Assembly (NCBI GenBank): GCA_022865685.1
Contig: JALHUB010000301.1
Location: 1-32,226 of the forward strand
Direction of reading: 5' to 3'
DNA: 32,226 nt
From: Dehalococcoidia bacterium
Lineage (GTDB): Bacteria; Chloroflexota; Dehalococcoidia; DSTF01; JALHUB01
The notes under the pieces were generated by a model. That model searched no databases and was not told the origin of the DNA. It was given only the letters and a program-made list of their open reading frames with translations. Numbering within the stretch: the stretch's first letter is position 1; every line of letters starts with the position of its first letter. Below, piece after piece: positions 10,099 to 23,875 of this stretch. The position numbers were made by a program, and so were the translations under genes.

Positions 10099-10734
10099 AT
10101 GACAACGCTTCTCGGTGTTCCGGAAGTGGTAATCGATAGGCTGCCGGTATACGCGCGGATGCTCGCGATCCTTGAGAGCCAGGGCCGCCAGGTTGTCAGC
10201 TCGCAGGAGTTGGGCGATGAGTTGGGCGTGACTCCGGCCCAGATACGCAAAGACCTCAGCTATTTCGGACGTTTCGGCAAGCAGGGCCGCGGCTACAATG
10301 TGCAGCATCTCACCGGCGAGTTGCGGCGGATCCTGGGTCTCGATCAGGAATGGACGATGGTCCTGGTAGGCGTGGGAAACCTCGGCCGCGCCATCCTGAG
10401 CTACAGGGGATTCGCGCCGGAGGGGTTCAAGATCATCGCCGCCTTCGATACCCATTCGGATACCGTGGGAAGGACGCTCGGGGGCATCCGCGTCTACAAC
10501 GTCAAGAACCTGCCTCAGTTCTTGAAGAACAGCCCCGCAGACATCGGCATCGTCGCCGTGAATGCCGTTGCCGCTCAGGAAGTTGCGGACATTCTCGTGG
10601 GCTGCGGCATCAAGGGGCTCCTCAACTACGCGCCGGTAGCGCTGCGAGTGCCGGACGGGACTCAGTTGAAGGACATCGAGCCGGTGCTCGCCCTTCAGAG
10701 CATGACCTACTACCTGAAAGGCACCTCTCCCTAG
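10099..10734 (+). CDS. rex: Redox-sensing transcriptional repressor Rex
   Basis: RLPVYAR, SSQELG, QIRKDLSYFGRFGKQGRGYNV, GVGNLG (NAD-binding), GIKGLLNYAP; RBS GGAGGA before ATG 10099. Confidence 0.97.
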   Translation: MTTLLGVPEVVIDRLPVYARMLAILESQGRQVVSSQELGDELGVTPAQIRKDLSYFGRFGKQGRGYNVQHLTGELRRILGLDQEWTMVLVGVGNLGRAILSYRGFAPEGFKIIAAFDTHSDTVGRTLGGIRVYNVKNLPQFLKNSPADIGIVAVNAVAAQEVADILVGCGIKGLLNYAPVALRVPDGTQLKDIEPVLALQSMTYYLKGTSP

Positions 10735-10747
10735 ACCCCCTGTATCG

Positions 10748-11778
<1,031 letters not shown>

Positions 11779-11779
<1 letters not shown>

Positions 11780-13074
11780 CAGCCTCCCCCAAGCCTGTTC
11801 TCTTCACTACCCGCGGCGTCGAGACGCTCCACACAGCCCCCCAACGATCTCAGCTTCTCGTCGAACCGCTCGTAGCCGCGGTCCAGGTGGAATATGTCAC
11901 TGATCTCTGTCTTCCCTTCCGCGGTCAGAGCCGCGAGCACGAGTGCGGCGCCCGCCCTGAGGTCGACGGCGCGCACGTTGGCGGCGTAGAGCGGCGTCGG
12001 GCCGCTGATGATCACCGTCGTGCCGGAGGTGATCACCTCGGCGCCCATCTTCCGCAGCTCCGCGACGTAGAGAAGGCGGTTCTCGAAGACTCTCTCGTAT
12101 ATGGAACTTACGCCCTTCGCCTGGGTCAGGAGCGTCGCCAGGGGCGCCTGCAAGTCCGTGGCGAGGCCCGGATAGGGCACCGCCTGGGCGTTTATCGCCT
12201 GGAGCGACCCGGTGCCCCTGACGCGGAGCACTCCGTCCGTCTCCTCGACCTTCACGCCCGCCTCGTTCAGCTTCCATATGAGCGCATCGAGCTGCTGCGG
12301 GACGCCCTCCGCGATCTCGACGTCGCCCTGCGTGGCGGCAGCAGCGATGGCGAAGGTCCCCGCCTCGATGCGGTCCGGGATTATGCGGTGCCGGGCGCCG
12401 TGCAGCTCGCCCACGCCCTCAATCTCTATTGTGTGCCTGCCGGCGCCGGAGATACGCGCTCCCATCTGGGTAAGCATCTCGACCAGGTTCTCGATCTCCG
12501 GCTCGGCGGCGGCGTTGACGAGGGTCGTTCGTCCCTCGGCGAGAGTGGCGGCGAGTATGAGGTTTTGGGTGCCGAGGACACTCGGGTAGTCGAGGAAGAT
12601 CCTGCTGCCGCGCAGTCGGTTCGTGCGGGCGACGAACTTGTCGCCCTCGTGGCTCACGGCAGCGCCGAGGACGCGAAAACCCGCGAGGTGCACGTTCAGC
12701 GGTCGCAGTCCGATTATGTCGCCGCCGGGGGGGCAGCAGGCCGCCTCGCCGAACCGTGTGAGGAGGGGACCCATGACCAGGAAGCTACCCCTGAGATGGG
12801 TGGCCAGGTCGCTCGGCGCCGCCAGTGTGTTGACGCCCGCCGCGTTAACGCGCAGCGAGGAGGGCGAAGTGTGCTCTACGGTGGCGCCGAGGGCACGGAG
12901 GATTTCCACCATGAAGCGAACGTCGCCGATTACAGGAACGTTTTCCAGGTAGCAGTCGTCGGACGTGAGGAGAGTGGCGGCCATGGTGTGGATCGCGGCG
13001 TTCTTGTTGCCGCTGATTCGCACCTTGCCCTCTAGGCGATGCCCGCCCTCTACGAGAAAACGGTCTCCTGTCAC
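11779..13074 (-). CDS. murA: UDP-N-acetylglucosamine 1-carboxyvinyltransferase MurA (Asp at the Cys115 position)
   Basis: [64 protein letters not shown]; stop/start overlap with mreB. Confidence 0.96.
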
Positions 13075-13107
13075 GGTCCCGCCAATCGTCTCGGTACTTC
13101 GGGGTTA

Positions 13108-13136
13108 ACACTATCATCACGGCTACGCGACTTCAA
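13108..13136 (-). promoter_or_regulatory. Promoter for murA-mreB
   Basis: Minus strand TTGAAG-N17-TAGTGT with TG extension (TGaTAGTGT). Confidence 0.5.
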
Positions 13137-13243
13137 GCCGCTGCCGGGCACGGCTGTCTGCCGGCTGGCGCTGGTGAAATGTGATGCGCGCGCGACAGGA
13201 TATCCGGTGGAAACGGGTGCCGGCGGCGCGATGGTGAAGAGGG

Positions 13244-13696
13244 TTAGCGAGAGCTCTGGTCCGGCCCTGCTCCCGGACCGGACCGCCGGCGCTTTCGCTC
13301 CGCGACCTTCAGCCGGATGAGGGAGCGGCGCAGCTCCGCCTGAATGCGGGTGAGGTCGACCGCCGCTTCGCGACCGGCTAGGGCTCTCTCCGCGCGGGCC
13401 CGCGCTTCCTGCGCCCTGGCGATGTCGATCTCCTCCGCCCGCTCGGCGGACTCGGCGAGGATGACGACTTTGTCGTCGCGCACTTCCAGGAAGCCACCGG
13501 TCACCATCATGTAGGTCTCGTCGGCGCCGGCCTTCTGGAGGCGCAGCTCGCCGGGGACGAGGGACGTTATGAAGGACGCGTGTGAAGGCAGCACGGTCAG
13601 TTCTCCCGCTGCGCCCGGCGCGACGACGGCATCGATCTCCGTGTCGGAGAAGACGACGCGCTCCGCCGTTATAACGTCAACACTCAGCTTTGCCAT
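13244..13696 (-). CDS. atpC: F1 ATP synthase epsilon subunit
   Basis: GELTVLPSHA, VTGGFLEV, AERAEEIDIARA; last gene of the atp operon. Confidence 0.96.
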   Translation of the reverse strand: MAKLSVDVITAERVVFSDTEIDAVVAPGAAGELTVLPSHASFITSLVPGELRLQKAGADETYMMVTGGFLEVRDDKVVILAESAERAEEIDIARAQEARARAERALAGREAAVDLTRIQAELRRSLIRLKVAERKRRRSGPGAGPDQSSR

Positions 13697-13735
13697 CGAT
13701 TGCTTCCTCTCGCCGCCGGCGCAGCCCTTGCGGCG

Positions 13736-16028
<2,293 letters not shown>

Positions 16029-16034
16029 GTCGAC

Positions 16035-17546
<1,512 letters not shown>

Positions 17547-17582
17547 GTCACTCTCTCCGCTACAATCGTCTTCCTACGCGAC

Positions 17583-18164
17583 TCAACTGCTTTCCGCGGC
17601 GCTGCTCTCCCCAAGGGCCGGGGTCCAGCCGCCGCTTCCTTGCAGACTCTTCTTGAGGGCGCCAAGCCTGCTGCGTGTGCTGCCGTCGATGAGCGTGTCG
17701 CCGATGCGTGCGATGAGACCGCCGACGATCTCTGGGTCAACCATTTGCTCGACGCTCACCGTCTTGCCGGTGATCTGGCCCAGTCTGGCGGCGATTTCCG
17801 CCGCCTGCCCGTCGCTAAGGGGCACGGCCGTGGTCACTGTGGCCCGTGCCCGTCCCTCATGCGCGTCGAGCAGATTCCCGAACTCCTCGCGCACCTGGCC
17901 GGCCAGCCGAATGCGGCGCTTTGCCACCAGGAGACGGGCCAGGTTCAGGACCGCCGGGTCAACGTCGGGTAGGGCCGCCTTGAAAAGGATGTCTTTCTCA
18001 GCGTCCGGCACCCTGTCGCTCTGCAGCACCGCGGCTGCCTGGGGCTGGGCGACGAGGTCGACTAGCGCGTCCAGATCGCCGAGCCAGCGGTCGGGGTCGC
18101 CCTGCTCGAGGGCCACCGCGAAGGCTGCCTGCGCATAACGCTTGGCTGCTATGTCAATTCTCAT
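17583..18164 (-). CDS. atpH: F1 ATP synthase delta subunit
   Basis: AKRYAQA, VTTAVPLS, VDPEIVGGLIARIGDTLIDGS; start moved to ATG 18164 (MRIDIAAKRY). Confidence 0.95.
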   Translation of the reverse strand: MRIDIAAKRYAQAAFAVALEQGDPDRWLGDLDALVDLVAQPQAAAVLQSDRVPDAEKDILFKAALPDVDPAVLNLARLLVAKRRIRLAGQVREEFGNLLDAHEGRARATVTTAVPLSDGQAAEIAARLGQITGKTVSVEQMVDPEIVGGLIARIGDTLIDGSTRSRLGALKKSLQGSGGWTPALGESSAAESS

Positions 18165-18224
18165 GTTTACGCCCGGTCCCGGGACGGCGCGGTCGTCGCG
18201 CCCCTCTCGGTCCAATCGGAGCTG

Positions 18225-18767
18225 CTACTGCTGCTGCGCGCCCTGTCCCTGGAAACTCGACTGCGCCAGCACTTCCTCGATGAGGCGCTCGTGGGCCTGC
18301 TTGTCCAGGGACTGGTTGATGACCTTCTCGGCGGCGGCTATCGTCAGATCTGCGAACTCGCGACGGATCTGGGCGATAGCCTCATCGCGCTCCAGGGCGA
18401 CCGCGTTGCGCGCCCGCGCGATAAGCAATTCGCCCTCGGCCTGGGCCTGCTGGCGGGCCTCTTCCTGCATGCGGTTCGCGATCTGCTGCGTCTGACCGAT
18501 GAGCCCCTGGCCCTCCTGTCGCGCTTCTTCGAGCCGCTTCTGGACTGTGACGTCAGCCTGGGCGGCCTCCTCCTTCATCTTCTCCGCTGCCTCAAGCCCT
18601 TCCCTGATTCGCTGCGAGCGCTGGTCCATCATGCGGAGGATCGGCTTGTACGCTATCATCCGCATCAGTGCGAGCAGGACGGCGAATCCGATTAGCTGCG
18701 CCAGGAGTCCGGGCAGGTTAATGCCAAGAGCACCGATTCCCAAGACAGTGATTCCGTGGATATCCAC
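18225..18767 (-). CDS. atpF: Fo ATP synthase subunit b
   Basis: LGINLPGLLAQLIGF TM, YKPILRMMDQR, long coiled coil, AAEKVI. Confidence 0.96.
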   Translation of the reverse strand: MDIHGITVLGIGALGINLPGLLAQLIGFAVLLALMRMIAYKPILRMMDQRSQRIREGLEAAEKMKEEAAQADVTVQKRLEEARQEGQGLIGQTQQIANRMQEEARQQAQAEGELLIARARNAVALERDEAIAQIRREFADLTIAAAEKVINQSLDKQAHERLIEEVLAQSSFQGQGAQQQ

Positions 18768-18801
18768 GATACTTCCCCTCTTCCGGGCAGGTCTTGGCTC
18801 G

Positions 18802-19065
18802 TTAGAACACGAAGCCGATCATGACGGCCACGACGAGCGAGTAGATCGCGATGGCTTCGGCGAAGGCGATGCCCAGGATCATGTTCGTGGTAATGACGGG
18901 CTGCGCCTCCGGGTTGCGGCCGAGCGCCTCCATGGCCTTACCGGTGAGCATGCCGATGGCAAGCGCCGGCACAGCTCCTCCGAAGGCCATCGCCAGGCCG
19001 GCGGCCAGGTACTTCAGGCCTAGGTTGTCTATCGCCAACAGTGGAAACAGGTTGATCAGGTCCAT
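18802..19065 (-). CDS. atpE: Fo ATP synthase subunit c
   Basis: Helical hairpin with GRNPEA loop and FAEAIAIY carboxylate; RBS AGGGAGGAG. Confidence 0.97.
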   Translation of the reverse strand: MDLINLFPLLAIDNLGLKYLAAGLAMAFGGAVPALAIGMLTGKAMEALGRNPEAQPVITTNMILGIAFAEAIAIYSLVVAVMIGFVF

Positions 19066-19125
19066 ATCTCCTCCCTAAGTCTTGCTCTATTGCTTCCCAG
19101 GACGGGAAGACCGGCGTTCTGCAGC

Positions 19126-20202
19126 CTAGGGCGGCGCGGCCGGCTCCCTCTCATGGGTCTCGCCCTCCTCGTGTGACGTCACCGCGATGACCCCGAAGAC
19201 GAGGGTCAAAATCGCGAAAATGAAGGCCTGGATGAGCCCCACAAACAATTCCATACCGTAGACCATGTCCAGGGCCAGCACCGGCAACAAGAAGATTATC
19301 ACCAGGAAAAGGATTTCCCCGGCGAAGATGTTTCCGAAGAGTCGGAAGGTGAAACTGAGCAATCGTGCGAGCTCTGCAACGAACTCCAGCATACCTACAA
19401 ACAAGTCAATCCCGCCGTTCAGGATGTCGCCCTTGAGCAGCCGCTTCACGTTGAGGAACTTGCTGCCATAGCGGAAGAATCCCAGCGTGGAGATCCCCCA
19501 GTACTCGACGAAGATGGCTGACATGATGGCCAGCGCCAGCGGCCCGTTGATATCGGTGTTGACGCTGCGGAAGAAGGGGACGAGACGCCCCGCCTTCTGG
19601 TCCGGCTTCAGGTCCTTCGTGGCCTCGTCGAGAGCGGCCTTCTTCTGCTCCTCTGTGGCGTTGGCGGGCAGTTCAAGAGCGATGCTCTTCGGCTCGTGCG
19701 GCGGCCAGGACGGAACACCCGGCATGATCACATTGATTCCGGCCAGCTGATCGAAGACGACGCCTTCTTCCAGCACTTCACCGTGGCTCTCCAGTGGCTC
19801 CACCTTGCCCACGGTCGCCACGGTGGGGAAAAGGCCGAGCCAGTTCGAGGCTACGACGTACAGGAAGATCGTGCACACGACAGGGAAGAAACGGCGGCCA
19901 TGCTTCTCGCCGACGGTCTGGGTAACCAGGTTGTAGAACGCCTCCACGACCATCTCGACGAAGTTCTGGATGCCGCGCGGCACCAGCGCCATCTTCCTGG
20001 TGGCGAGGTAGAAGGTGAGTGCCAAGAGGACGATGACGATCCAGGAAGTCAGTATGGTGTTCGTCAGTGGGAAAGGTCCGATGTTAACAAGCGTCTCCGC
20101 CTTCAGCTCCACGATGGGGCGCGCCGAGCGCAGGGAGGTGAAGCCCACCAGCGTGAGGACGAGGACGGCTGCGATGATGGAATACAGCTTGAGCTTGCCC
20201 AC
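19126..20202 (-). CDS. atpB: Fo ATP synthase subunit a with a long inserted loop
   Basis: VPRGIQNFVE, SNWLGLFP, LSFTFRLFGNIFAGE (essential Arg), ELFVGLIQAFIF. Confidence 0.97.
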   Translation of the reverse strand: MGKLKLYSIIAAVLVLTLVGFTSLRSARPIVELKAETLVNIGPFPLTNTILTSWIVIVLLALTFYLATRKMALVPRGIQNFVEMVVEAFYNLVTQTVGEKHGRRFFPVVCTIFLYVVASNWLGLFPTVATVGKVEPLESHGEVLEEGVVFDQLAGINVIMPGVPSWPPHEPKSIALELPANATEEQKKAALDEATKDLKPDQKAGRLVPFFRSVNTDINGPLALAIMSAIFVEYWGISTLGFFRYGSKFLNVKRLLKGDILNGGIDLFVGMLEFVAELARLLSFTFRLFGNIFAGEILFLVIIFLLPVLALDMVYGMELFVGLIQAFIFAILTLVFGVIAVTSHEEGETHEREPAAPP

Positions 20203-20203
20203 C

Positions 20204-20428
20204 TCAGTCCCTCTTCTTTGGACCTATCGCCGATATCACGTCCATCAGCATTCGGTAGCCACCCCAGAAGGCCACGACAAGGCCGAGAAACAGACCTGTT
20301 AGGGTGAACGCGGGAGATACCTCGAACCGCGAATCAAGCCAGACGCCGCCCAAGGTACCCGCCGCGATACAGAACGCTACGTACCAGCCGACGCCGACAA
20401 GCCTCAGAGCAGCCGGAAGACCGCCCAT
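20204..20428 (-). CDS. atpZ: AtpZ/AtpI-family (ATPase gene 1) two-TM protein
   Basis: GGVWLDSRFEVSPAFTLTGLFLG signature; first gene of the atp operon. Confidence 0.88.
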   Translation of the reverse strand: MGGLPAALRLVGVGWYVAFCIAAGTLGGVWLDSRFEVSPAFTLTGLFLGLVVAFWGGYRMLMDVISAIGPKKRD

Positions 20429-20461
20429 CAGATTCGGCTCAAGCGTCGGGCTGGCTTCGGC

Positions 20462-20497
20462 TTGTGAACTATAGCACCAAGCATTTTTTTAAAACAA
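20462..20497 (-). promoter_or_regulatory. atp operon promoter overlapped by a putative Rex operator (20462-20479)
   Basis: Minus strand TTGTTT-N18-TATAGT with TGc extension. Plus strand TTGTGAA-CTAT-AGCACCA has one perfect Rex half-site and a CAC-containing second half. Confidence 0.65.
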
Positions 20498-20579
20498 GCG
20501 AGTTACAGATCATCGAATTCGCCTTCCGTGGACAGTTTGCTCTAAGGCGAAGATAAGGGGAAGAGTGGGTAGGAAGCGT

Positions 20580-21212
20580 TCAGATCTGGGTCGGACGGCG
20601 GATCCGGCGATGCTTCTCCGCCTCGACGATGGACACGATCCGGGAGATAGCGTCTGCCTGCCGGCCCTCCGCGTTCACGACGACGTAGTCGAACGCGCCC
20701 TCCTGCGCCATCTCACGAGCGGCAGTCTCGAGGCGCACGCGAAGATCGGCACCGGCGTCGGTCGCGCGGTCGCGGAGACGCTTCTGGAGGACTTCGTCGG
20801 ACTCAGGGGCGAGGACCACGAGGACGGCATCGGGGATGAGGCGTTTTATAGTGGCGGCGCCCTGGACGTCGACGCGCACGATCGCGTCCTGTCCCTTTCG
20901 CAACGCTGCATCGACCTCTTGCCTGGGGACGCCATAGCGATGTGTGTAGACGGAGGCCCGCTCCAGGAAGCCGTCCTCCGCGACGAGGCGGTCGTACTGC
21001 TCGTCGCGGAGGAAGCGGTAGTCGACGCCGTCGCGTTCGCCGGGACGCGGCGGCCGCGTTGTGACGGTGGTGGCGAAGTAGGCGGAAGGAAAAGCCTTCC
21101 TGAGGCCGGCAACGACGGCATCCTTGCCGACGCCGGAGGGGCCGGAGATCACGAGAAGAATGGGAGCGCTCGAAGAGGCGTTTGGGCTCGCGCGCTCCGT
21201 TCCGTCCTGCAT
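20580..21212 (-). CDS. gmk: Guanylate kinase
   Basis: ISGPSGVGKD, TTRPPRPGERDGVDYRF, YGVP, DVQGA, FDYVVVN. Confidence 0.96.
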   Translation of the reverse strand: MQDGTERASPNASSSAPILLVISGPSGVGKDAVVAGLRKAFPSAYFATTVTTRPPRPGERDGVDYRFLRDEQYDRLVAEDGFLERASVYTHRYGVPRQEVDAALRKGQDAIVRVDVQGAATIKRLIPDAVLVVLAPESDEVLQKRLRDRATDAGADLRVRLETAAREMAQEGAFDYVVVNAEGRQADAISRIVSIVEAEKHRRIRRPTQI

Positions 21213-21215
21213 GGA

Positions 21216-21494
21216 TCAGCGACTCCGGCCCGAGGGCTCCGCCGCCGTCTTGCCGGCCGCCCGGGCGGCGACGGTCTCCGGCGTGATGGCGGCGAGGATA
21301 ATGTGGCCGTCGTCCATGAACATTACCGCCTTGGTGCGACGGCCGCTTGTCATGTCGATGGCCATGCCTTTTGCCTTGTGCTCCTGCATCAGTCGGCGAA
21401 TAGGCGCCGCGTTCGGGGGCGCAATGGCGATAACGTGAGACGCGGCCAAGTGATTTCCGAAACCGATATGGATCAAGTCAGGGCTCATCACCAC
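21216..21494 (-). CDS. remA: DUF370/RemA family protein
   Basis: LIHIGFGN, APIRRL, IDMTSGRRTKAVMFMDDGHIILAAITPET; usual position upstream of gmk. Confidence 0.92.
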   Translation of the reverse strand: MVMSPDLIHIGFGNHLAASHVIAIAPPNAAPIRRLMQEHKAKGMAIDMTSGRRTKAVMFMDDGHIILAAITPETVAARAAGKTAAEPSGRSR

Positions 21495-21503
21495 ACCTCC
21501 CTG

Positions 21504-22811
21504 TCAGCTCGTGCCCTTTACGCTGTCCAAAACCTGCCAGAAACCGGGATAGGAGACATCCGATGCCTCTGCGCCGCGGATGACCGTCTCTCCTTCGGCG
21601 ACAACGCCGGCGACGGCAAGCGCCATGGCGAGACGGTGGTCGCCGTGGCTGTCGCAGACGGCGCCGGTGAACCTGTCCGTGCCTTCGATGACAAGCGCAT
21701 CGCCTTCTTCGTCGATGCGGGCGCCCATGCGCCGTAGCTCGTGCACGAGCAGCTTAACGCGGTCTGACTCCTTGAGGCGCAGCTCGCCCACGTCGCGGAC
21801 CATTGTCCGGCCTTCTGCCAGCGAGGCAGCAACGGCCAGGACCGGCACCTCGTCGATAAGGCGCACGACGGCTGGCCCGTCGACCTCGACGCCCCTCAGC
21901 TTGCCGGAGCGCGCCCGCAGGTCCGCCACCGGCTCTCCGCCGACGATACGCTCTTCACTCACGACGATGTCCGCGCCCATCTCCTTCAGCACGTCGAGGA
22001 GTCCGCTGCGGGTGGGGTTCAGGCCTACGCCGCGGAGCGTCAGGTCGGCGTCGGGATGGAGCGCGGCCGCGACGAGCCAGAAGGCAGCGGCGGAGAAGTC
22101 GCCGGGGACGCGCAGGCTGAGCGGCGCCAGGTCCTTCGCAAGCGGCGACAGTCGGAGGGCGTTGTTTTCTTCCCTCAGGCCGGCGCCCATGGCGCGTAGC
22201 ATCCGCTCTGTGTGGTCGCGTGACCGCACCGGCTCCTCATACAGGGTCTCGCCTTCCGCCTGCAGGCCGGCGAGCAGGAGCGCCGACTTCACCTGGGCAC
22301 TGGCGACGGGCGACCGGTAGCGTATTCCGCGAAGCCGCCTGCCCATGATGACGAGCGGCGCCAGCGTGTCGCTGTCGCGCCCGTAGACCTGAGCGCCCAT
22401 TTGCCGCAGGGGCTCGACGATGCGCGCCATCGGCCGGGAGCGGAGTGAATCGTCGCCGGTGATGATAGAGAGGAACGGGCGGCCGGCAAGGAGACCGGCG
22501 AGGAGTCGCATCGTCGTGCCGGAGTTGCCGGCGTCGAGGACGTCGGCGCTCTCACTCAGGCCTGCTAGGCCACGACCGGTTATCGTGAGGTCGCTGCCGC
22601 CGTCGTGGTTCTCGCGCAGCGACCACGAGACGCCGAGCGAACGCAGGCAGGCGAGGGTGGACAGGCAGTCCTCCGCGACAAGAAAGTTCTCGACGACGGC
22701 CGGGCCGGAGGCGATAGCGTTGAGGACGGCAGCCCGATGAGATATCGACTTATCGGGGGGTACCGTTATCGAGCCGCTGAGACGGCGCGGCGAGGAAATC
22801 CTTTTCTCCAT
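21504..22811 (-). CDS. aroA: 3-phosphoshikimate 1-carboxyvinyltransferase (EPSP synthase, class II-like motifs)
   Basis: DKSISHRA, DAGNSGTTMRL, SLRSRPM, ASAQVKSA, RDHTERML, NPTR, KESDR, DHRLAM; start ATG 22811. Confidence 0.97.
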   Translation of the reverse strand: MEKRISSPRRLSGSITVPPDKSISHRAAVLNAIASGPAVVENFLVAEDCLSTLACLRSLGVSWSLRENHDGGSDLTITGRGLAGLSESADVLDAGNSGTTMRLLAGLLAGRPFLSIITGDDSLRSRPMARIVEPLRQMGAQVYGRDSDTLAPLVIMGRRLRGIRYRSPVASAQVKSALLLAGLQAEGETLYEEPVRSRDHTERMLRAMGAGLREENNALRLSPLAKDLAPLSLRVPGDFSAAAFWLVAAALHPDADLTLRGVGLNPTRSGLLDVLKEMGADIVVSEERIVGGEPVADLRARSGKLRGVEVDGPAVVRLIDEVPVLAVAASLAEGRTMVRDVGELRLKESDRVKLLVHELRRMGARIDEEGDALVIEGTDRFTGAVCDSHGDHRLAMALAVAGVVAEGETVIRGAEASDVSYPGFWQVLDSVKGTS

Positions 22812-22815
22812 GCCA

Positions 22816-23847
22816 TCATCGCTCTCTCTGAGGGCGGTGTCTTGACCTGTGAGCACGCCCGGCTGGCGGCTCCTGGCTCTCTACGGCTTTCATCACCTCG
22901 CGGGTGCGGCTGGCGGCCCAGTGCCCCATTAGCAGGTCGCTGAGGCCGATTCCCGCTTCCACCGGTCGCTCCGGTCGCTTCACCTTGGCGCCGCCTGCCA
23001 GGAACGCGTCGCGTTCGAGCTGGACGCGGGCGAAAGCCTTGAACAGCGCTTCTTCGTCGTCGCCCCGGATGAGGTCGCGGTACTTTCTCAGTTCCGCGAC
23101 CATGCGGTCGAGCCAGTGGATGATGTTCTGCGCGTTGGTGTGACAGATGTCCTCGCTCATCTCGGGGCTGCCGGAAGCGAGACGCGTGACGTCGCGGAAG
23201 CCGCTGGACGCGAGCTGCGCCATCTCCGGCCAGGCGGCGCTGTCACGCACGAGCGAGAAGAGCGCCGTCGAAACGACGAGCGGCAGGTGGCTGATGGCTG
23301 CGACGTAGCTGTCGTGCTCTTCGGCGTCCATGAACACGGGTGACGCGCCGACCAGGTCCGCCAGGCCGACGACGGTGTTGACGGCCGTCTCCTTGGCGTG
23401 GACGAAAGGCACGATGCAGTAGGGCTTGCCTTCGAAGAGAGCGGCGTCGGCGACGTCGATGCCGGACCGCTCCTTGCCGGCCATGGGGTGACCGCCGACG
23501 AAGCTAACGTGATGCGGCAGAAGCTCCTCCGCCCAGCGCATGACCTGCGCCTTCGTGCTCGCGACGTCGGTGATGACGCAGTCCTGGGGAAGCGCCGGCG
23601 CTATCTGCTCCATTATGTCGGGGATAGCGGCGATGGGAGTCGCGATGATGACTACGGCCGCATCGCGCACGGCGTCCGTGGCATCCGATGCGGCACGATC
23701 GATAGCGCCCATTTTTCGCGCTTTTTCGCGCGTCTCGCGGCTGCGGGCGTAGCCGGCGAACTCGACGTCGCGGAGGCGTGAGCGCTTGAGGGCAAGGCCG
23801 AGAGAGCCGCCGATGAGACCCAGGCCGATGATAGCTATCCTTGCCAA
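22816..23847 (-). CDS. tyrA: Prephenate/arogenate dehydrogenase
   Basis: IIGLGLIGGSL, TDVASTK, FVGGHPMAGKE, EEHD..VAAISHLP, SGFRDVTRLAS; probable TTG start at 23847 after GAGGA. Confidence 0.93.
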   Translation of the reverse strand: MARIAIIGLGLIGGSLGLALKRSRLRDVEFAGYARSRETREKARKMGAIDRAASDATDAVRDAAVVIIATPIAAIPDIMEQIAPALPQDCVITDVASTKAQVMRWAEELLPHHVSFVGGHPMAGKERSGIDVADAALFEGKPYCIVPFVHAKETAVNTVVGLADLVGASPVFMDAEEHDSYVAAISHLPLVVSTALFSLVRDSAAWPEMAQLASSGFRDVTRLASGSPEMSEDICHTNAQNIIHWLDRMVAELRKYRDLIRGDDEEALFKAFARVQLERDAFLAGGAKVKRPERPVEAGIGLSDLLMGHWAASRTREVMKAVESQEPPAGRAHRSRHRPQRER

Positions 23848-23875
23848 CTCGTCCTCGTTTGGGTTTATCGGGAGT

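Noticed and set aside
18802-20428. Na+-translocating or N-type ATPase
   Set aside because: The c-subunit lacks the Q/E...E(S/T) signature; gene order is standard F-type with a separate atpH.
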